From positions 1 through 55,228 of the forward strand of contig NW_021833760.1 in NCBI RefSeq assembly GCF_006345805.1: DNA of 55,228 nt. Reading direction: 5' to 3'. This DNA comes from Octopus sinensis (taxonomy: Eukaryota). Below the pieces are notes generated by a model. It saw only the letters and a list, made by a program, of their open reading frames with translations. It did not search any database and was not told the DNA's origin. The translations under genes and the position numbers were made by a program. Below are positions 48,947-55,228 of the stretch, piece by piece (within the stretch, counting starts at the first letter, position 1; every line of letters begins with the position of its first letter).

Positions 48947-48999
<53 letters not shown>

Positions 49000-49069
49000 G
49001 TGTGTGTGTGTGTGTGTGTGTGTACATTATACATATCTAGAGAAAGTGCAGGAAGAAGAGAAAGAAAGG

Positions 49070-49100
<31 letters not shown>

Positions 49101-49544
49101 AGAAAAAGTGGATAGATAAATACATAGATAGCTATAGATATATCTAAATATATACATACATCAATTATACATCAATGATATAAATACATATATACAATCC
49201 TATATATATATATATGAATATATATATATATATGCATATATATATATGTCCATATATACATATGTATATGTGTATATGCCTGTGTATATATGTGTGTGTG
49301 TGTGTGTATATGTAATATATATATATCTATATATTGACGGAGAGAGTGATAGAGAGAAAGTGAGAGAGAGAAAACGGGAGAGAGATGTAAACTTTGAACG
49401 CTTTTCCAATATGGTGGTCGTAACAAGAAGATTAGAACATATTAGGTTTCAGTATGTGACTTCATTGACTCACTCACAAATTCTCACTCACGCAGCACAT
49501 AGTAAGACTGCAGCAGCAACCGCAGCAGCAGCAGTAGCACATCC

Positions 49545-49575
<31 letters not shown>

Positions 49576-49910
49576 ACAGCACTACCACCACCAACACCAA
49601 CACCATCACCATTACAGCAGCAGTAACATCAACATCAAAAACCCTTCCTCTCCTAGTACCACCACTAACACCACCAATACCTACAACAACAACAACACAA
49701 CAATCCCCAACGGCACCGCCTCCTACACCCCTCCTCCATCCTCATCGTCGCCACACATCCCCATCGCCACCACCAGCAAGAATAACAGTGACAATGTCAA
49801 TATAAGTTAACTTATATTTTTACGTTATTTTTTTATTGTAATGCTTTGGTTTAGTTTTTCTTTTTTCGCTTTGGTTCTTGTGTATTTTCTGTTATTGATC
49901 TTGACACAGA

Positions 49911-49956
<46 letters not shown>

Positions 49957-50552
49957 GCCGCCGCCGCCGCCGCCGCCACCACCACCACCACCACCACCAC
50001 CACCACAACCAATACCACCACCAACACCACTGTTCGCATTACAAGGCTTATCTCCGTAGGCTTAAATGTTTATGTATTTGTGTATGCACGTGTGTATGTA
50101 TACGTGTATGTGTATATGTATGTCTATATGTGTGTATGTATGACTGCATGTATGTATATGTACATGTGCGTATGCTTGTGTGTATCTATGTATATATGTA
50201 TGTATACACGTATGTATGCTTTTATGTATGTGCATGTACACATGTACTTACATATATATTCGTTCTTGGTTTTATTTTCCGAATTTCTCACCAATGGCTA
50301 AAGAACCGGTTTCGAGCCAAGAATCAAGAAAAAACATTGGAATTTAGACATCAAGCAGGACGATCTTGTATGTATGTATGTATGTATGTATGTATGTATG
50401 TATGTATGTATGTATGTATGTATGTATGTATGTGTATACATACATGCATATATATAATATATTTATATATATTCATGCACACACGATGTATATCTGCACA
50501 TATGCACTTAGGTGCAGATATGGCTAACATTGCATATGTGGATATTGCATGT

Positions 50553-50860
50553 TAAAATTTATGAATGTTTTTCATAGTTTGACAGTGTTCTTTCTTGTTT
50601 GTGAATCCCAGCTTCTCAAGATTGGTATTGACGCTTTTAGTCATATAACCAAGTTCTCCAATAGCTTTTGGCAGAAATCTAGAATTTTAGTCCTGATGGT
50701 GTAACTGGAGATTTCTTATCAGTTCGGCATAGATGTTTTCTTTTTTACTAACCTTTAACATTATGTTGACGTCAGCTGAGCAACCGATTTCAGGTACCGT
50801 GTATAGTTTCTTTTCCATGTCCCATATCATTATATCTAGTATGTTATGTTTGAATTCTTC
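50553..50860 (-). mobile_element. RLE-type LINE 3' fragment, related to 11350-11700
   Basis: DIMIWDMEKK..EIGCSADVNI..KKENIYAEL..IGELGY..LEKLGF. Confidence 0.72.
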
Positions 50861-51984
50861 AAAGCCTGCATCGGCTGCCGCATTTGGTAGCTTATCTGTA
50901 TCCCTATGCCTGCCCCTGTATTACAAAAGCATACCCTACAAAATGAGCTTATATCCTGGTTGTATGATCAGGAAGGACTACACTTTTAGTCAGCGTTGCC
51001 ATCACTTTGAAGTCTTCCAAGAATACAGCCATCCATGACCTCTTGTCTGACGACCTATTGCTGCAGAGTTGTGCAACTTAGCTAGGGGTATATCTTAAGT
51101 CATCAGCTAGGGAATACTTTCTGAGAAGCTCCTTTCCAACTCTCACGATATCGGTTTCACATGTGCAGACTTGATACGCGGTAGGACTTCGATGTTTCAT
51201 GGTTAGTAGATGTTGTCAAAGAGATATGATGTGGGTATTTAAATGCTGTTTGTAGCGGTATTAAATCTCTACCACCTTTCTTTCGTGTTTTGAGTAAGGT
51301 GGTCAATATAATAACTACATGTTCCTTTTCGCACCATGTAAGAAAAGGAACACGTATATTATATACAACATATCAGTTACATTTTCTGTGTTCTTTTCCC
51401 TCACCCCGACAGGCACACACATACACATGTAAGTATGTATGTATGTATGCACGTATGTATGTATGTATGTATGTATGTATGTATGTATGTATGTATGTAT
51501 GTATGTATGTATGCATGTATGCATGCGCGCGCGCGTGTGTGTGTGTGTATTCTTGGATGGACGCCAGTGAAATGGACAACCTAGAAATGAACAACCTAGT
51601 ACTCGAATTTCGGACTTTCCAGAAAACGTTTTTCATCGTAAATCTGGTTAGGCTTCGTCAGCTAGGTGCGCCTAAGACAAAATTAAAAATATCCGCTACA
51701 TCAATCCCTGTAGACTCGGCTGATACACCAAGCCATAAACAGAACCAAGTTTTCTATAAAAATTATATTATTACAATATAATAGTATTGTTTTCCAGCGA
51801 AAAAGCAAGCGTCGTACTGTTATCGACTGCTACTTCCAGCAAACATTGGTATCTCGCTGTGCCACTATTTCCAATATATATATATATATATAATTATATA
51901 TATATATATGTGTGTGTGTGTGTTAAAGGCGGTACTCCAGCATAACCGCAGCCAATGACTGAAACGTGTAAAAGAGTAAAAGAA

Positions 51985-52026
<42 letters not shown>

Positions 52027-52030
<4 letters not shown>

Positions 52031-52236
52031 AGAGATGCAGCACGTATTTTCGTCAGTGAACAGGTCGCGGTCTTAAAGCGACGAAAATATTTTGACAAAT
52101 TAAACTTAAATGTTGAAGTGAATCGAACGGCTTTTGTGTGTTTCTTAAATGGCTTACAAATACCTTCCACGCTGCAATTGTTTTCAGCACACGATCTCCG
52201 ATCAAATCACTTGCTACGCAAGTACATCTCCGTAAT
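52027..52236. mobile_element. Short MITE-like element in (TA)n
   Basis: Imperfect terminal complementarity GAGATG / CATCTC and TA flanks. Confidence 0.35.
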
Positions 52237-52239
52237 ATA

Positions 52240-53925
52240 TAGGGAGAGTTTACGAAAAATTCAAAACACGAAGACAGGTGGTGTACAAAACAAACAGATG
52301 TATTAGTATAACGCTCAGGAATAGAAAAAAGTATTTTACGTTTCGAGCCTACGCTATTCTACAGAAAGGGACACAGAAAAAACAAGGAGAGAAAAAATGT
52401 GTGTTGTGGCTAACGATCTATCATGGCGACTAGTGCCGGACAGAAAGGTCAAACACGAGATGGAAAGTAGGGGAGATAACAAGGTAAAGATGACCCCCAA
52501 CACAAAGGTGCGTGTGTGTATAATAGAGTATGTTGCGTGTGAAAGAGGGCTGGTGGTCTGGACGTGTGCGTATATGTATGTGTAGGTGGGAAAATGTGGG
52601 GATGGATGTTGTGATGTGATGTGTAATGTTGTATGGTGTATGGTGTGGTGTGGTGTTGTGTGATGTTGTTGGGAGGTGGGGGAGACGAGGGTGCGGAAAG
52701 CACGGGTGGGGTGTGGGTTCGGCTGGGGGTTGGGGTTTGTGGGTATAGGTGGGGTATGTGGGGAGGGGTGTGGGATAGGATGGGGGATGGGAAGGTGAAG
52801 TAGGGATGTGTAGGGGTGGATGGGTTTATGGGGGAGAGAGGAGGAGAGAAGAGAGAAAGAAAGTAAGAGAGAAGAGAGAAAGAGAGAGTGAAAGAGTAGG
52901 CGAGAAGAGAGAAAGAGAATAAGAGAGGAGAGAGAAAGAGAGTAAGAGAGAAGAGAGTAGGAGAGAAGAGAAGAAGAGAATAAGAGGGAAGAGGGAAGGA
53001 GGGGAGAGAAAGAGAGTAGGAGAGAGGAGGAGAGGAGAGAGGGGAAGAGGAGAGAAGGAGAGTGGGGGCAGAGAGAAAGAGAGAAGAGAGCAAGAGAGTA
53101 AGGGAGAAGAGGGAAAGAGAGTAGGGGTGAAAAGATGTAGGAGTGAAGAGAAGTAGGAGTCGGGGAGGAGATTAGATGAAGAGGGGAGGAGAGTTGAGCC
53201 CAAATGGCGTAAAAGAGAGAGATTAATCCCTGTTCACGGCGCAAACGGGAGTCCGGATGGCCTCTGTGCAAGGAAAATCCGAACACAGACAGGTGTTGCA
53301 AAGAGTGACCAGTGGAGCGGAAATAGCGTGAGACTGCGGTGTCATTGCCAAGGCGGATGTCTCGGAGGTGTTCCGCGAATCGGTCAGCCAAGCGGCGTCT
53401 CGTTTGTTCGATGTACAGGGAATGGCAGAGAGAGCAGGAGATGCAATAGATTATATTGCTAGAGGTGCAGGGGAAGGAGTCGATGATGCGATAGGGTCGA
53501 TGATAGGTGCCGGTGAGGCGGGTGGTGTTGGAGAGGTATGGGCAAGTGCGGCAGTGTGGGCGGGAGCAGGGGAACGAGCCAGGTTGGGAGGTAGGGTTGG
53601 GGAAGAAGCTGTGGACCAAGAGGTCTCGTAGGTTGTGGGCTCGTTTGAAGGAGGGGAGGGGTCGGTTAGGGAAGATGTGTGAAGTGGACCGGAGATGCCG
53701 AAAAGCTTGGAGAATGGAGCGTTGGAGAGGTAGGGTGGTGGGGTGGTAGGTGAGGGGAAAAGGTAGGCGGGAGACTGCAGGGCGAGTTCGGGGGGGAGGG
53801 AGAGAGCAGATGCACGGTCCACGGAACGTGCTCTGGCAAGGGCGGTGTGGATAGTGGTGAGGGGATATCCACGTAGGATGAAGTGGCGAGCCATGAGTTG
53901 AGACTGAGTCTCAAAGTCATGGTTA
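52240..53925 (-). mobile_element. Penelope-like retroelement 3' part (Neptune-type GIY-YIG)
   Basis: FILRGYP thumb, then CSRPHCRTC, CTSSNIIYCISCSLCHSLYIEQTRRRLADRFAEH, R..REQ; terminal repeat with hammerhead-like motif at 52333-52370; frameshifted. Confidence 0.88.
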
Positions 53926-53928
53926 TAT

Positions 53929-53968
<40 letters not shown>

Positions 53969-53969
53969 T

Positions 53970-54265
53970 CTTTCAGACATTGGAGTGTGGCCATGCTGGA
54001 GCACGGCCTTTAGTCAAACAAATCGACCCCAGCAGTTATTGTTTGAAAGCCTAGAACTTATTCCGAACCGCTAAGTTACAGGGACGTAAACACACTAACA
54101 TCGGTTGTCAAGCGATGCTGGGAGAACAAACACAGACACAAATACATAGAGATATATATATGACGGGCTTCTTTCAGTTTCCCTCAACCAAATCCACTCA
54201 CAAGGCTTTAGTCGGCCCATGGCTAAGTTGCCACGCAGTGAGACTGAACCCGGAAGCAAGCTTCT
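53970..54265 (-). mobile_element. SINE family A, partially deleted
   Basis: Colinear with parts of 5774-6176. Confidence 0.8.
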
Positions 54266-54282
54266 TATTTTTATTTTATTTT

Positions 54283-54494
54283 TTTTATTGCCCACAAGGG
54301 GCTAACACAAGAGGGACAAACAAGGAGACAAAAAACAGAGATCGATCCCAGTGCGTAACTGGTACTTAATTTATCGACCCCGAAAGGATAAAAGGCAAAG
54401 TCGACCTCGCCGGAATTTGAACTCGGAACATAGACAGACGAAATGCTGATAAGCATTTCGCCCGTTGTGCTTACATTTCTGCCAGCTCGCCGCC
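54283..54494 (-). mobile_element. SINE family B
   Basis: Reverse complement of 10827-11045 with intact GGCGGCGAGCTGGCAGAA head. Confidence 0.88.
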
Positions 54495-54564
54495 TTCTTA
54501 CCACACAACTACTCTTGCGACTATATATCTATATCTATATCTATATCTATATATACAATCTTTA

Positions 54565-54800
54565 GATCAGTCCATATATGTTCAGGGCACATTTGATTTG
54601 GCCAAAGGCATTTTTAATGCGGTTTGCTATGCAGAAACATTCTCGTTTTAAGCGAGAGTTGTTAAAAACACAAAAGTCAATCCAGAACACACACGAGAAG
54701 GAATGATTGAAGCATTTCAGGCTTAGTCGATCTCTGTTGTACCATGTATAAGGTACCTGGGGAAGTAACTCTAAAGTGACTGGAAGGTTTCGATTCCTTA
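54565..54800 (-). mobile_element. Possible PIF/Harbinger transposase remnant
   Basis: FNNSRL..IKNAFGQIK resembles the FN.RLS..R..IENAFG.LK motif; weak. Confidence 0.3.
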
Positions 54801-54920
54801 GAAGAATAAGCAAATAACGCACGACAAACCAATAAATATTTCCAGATTACACATTTCGGTGACTAGGCCGAAACCAACTGTATGTTTGGTGTAAAACAGT
54901 GGTGTACATCCATCCATCTT

Positions 54921-54980
<60 letters not shown>

Positions 54981-55071
54981 AATATCTATTATATATATAT
55001 GTAAATAGAGATCGTATTTTTTGGAAAAACATGAATCCGAAGAAGAAGAAGCAGAGCAGTCTATATTTATT

Positions 55072-55139
55072 ACTGGTGAAGGCCGGTACAGCTGGAAGCC
55101 GATTATAGCCGGCTTCCGACTGTACCGGTTTTCAACAGT
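55072..55139. repeat. 68-bp imperfect palindrome
   Basis: ACTGGTGAAGGCCGGTACAGCTGGAAGCCG is complementary to CGGCTTCCGACTGTACCGGTTTTCAACAGT. Confidence 0.85.
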
Positions 55140-55228
55140 TATTATATATATATAACTTAGATAACTTAGATATGTTTCGACCAAAGATTGGTGCAGGCCA
55201 TGTCTAACTTAATAGCACCACCTGATAG

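Noticed and set aside
49246-50059. Poly-Ala/Pro/Leu ORFs resembling a transcription-factor exon
   Set aside because: Mixed trinucleotide repeats with no domain and no convincing splice context.
52354-53619. 421-aa ORF as an intact gene
   Set aside because: Only the first ~135 aa are GIY-YIG; the rest is low-complexity read-through, and the upstream part is frameshifted with RT missing.

Overview
AT-rich, microsatellite-saturated animal genomic DNA. The SINE families and repeat landscape look like an octopod cephalopod (inference). Almost all ORFs in the track are microsatellite artefacts and I see no intact host gene. Mobile elements: a 5'-truncated R4/Dong-type non-LTR retrotransposon in (AAT)n, flanked by two copies of a ~550-bp AAT-embedded element; mariner and Tc1 transposons; two Helitrons; Penelope-like element (PLE) remnants with hammerhead-like motifs; RTE and RLE LINE fragments; two tRNA-head SINE families. 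Two things are not shown by the ORF track. (1) A decayed, multi-exon class C GPCR-like (CaSR/mGluR-type) gene on the minus strand, ~7.8-25.9 kb, recognised from colinear motifs from the Venus-flytrap domain to TM4. (2) A ~50-unit degenerate ~85-bp tandem array (29.8-36.5 kb) whose unit translates to a peptide resembling part of a PLE-type GIY-YIG endonuclease, i.e. a satellite apparently born from retroelement coding sequence and later invaded by nested TEs. All alignments and identities were judged by eye.
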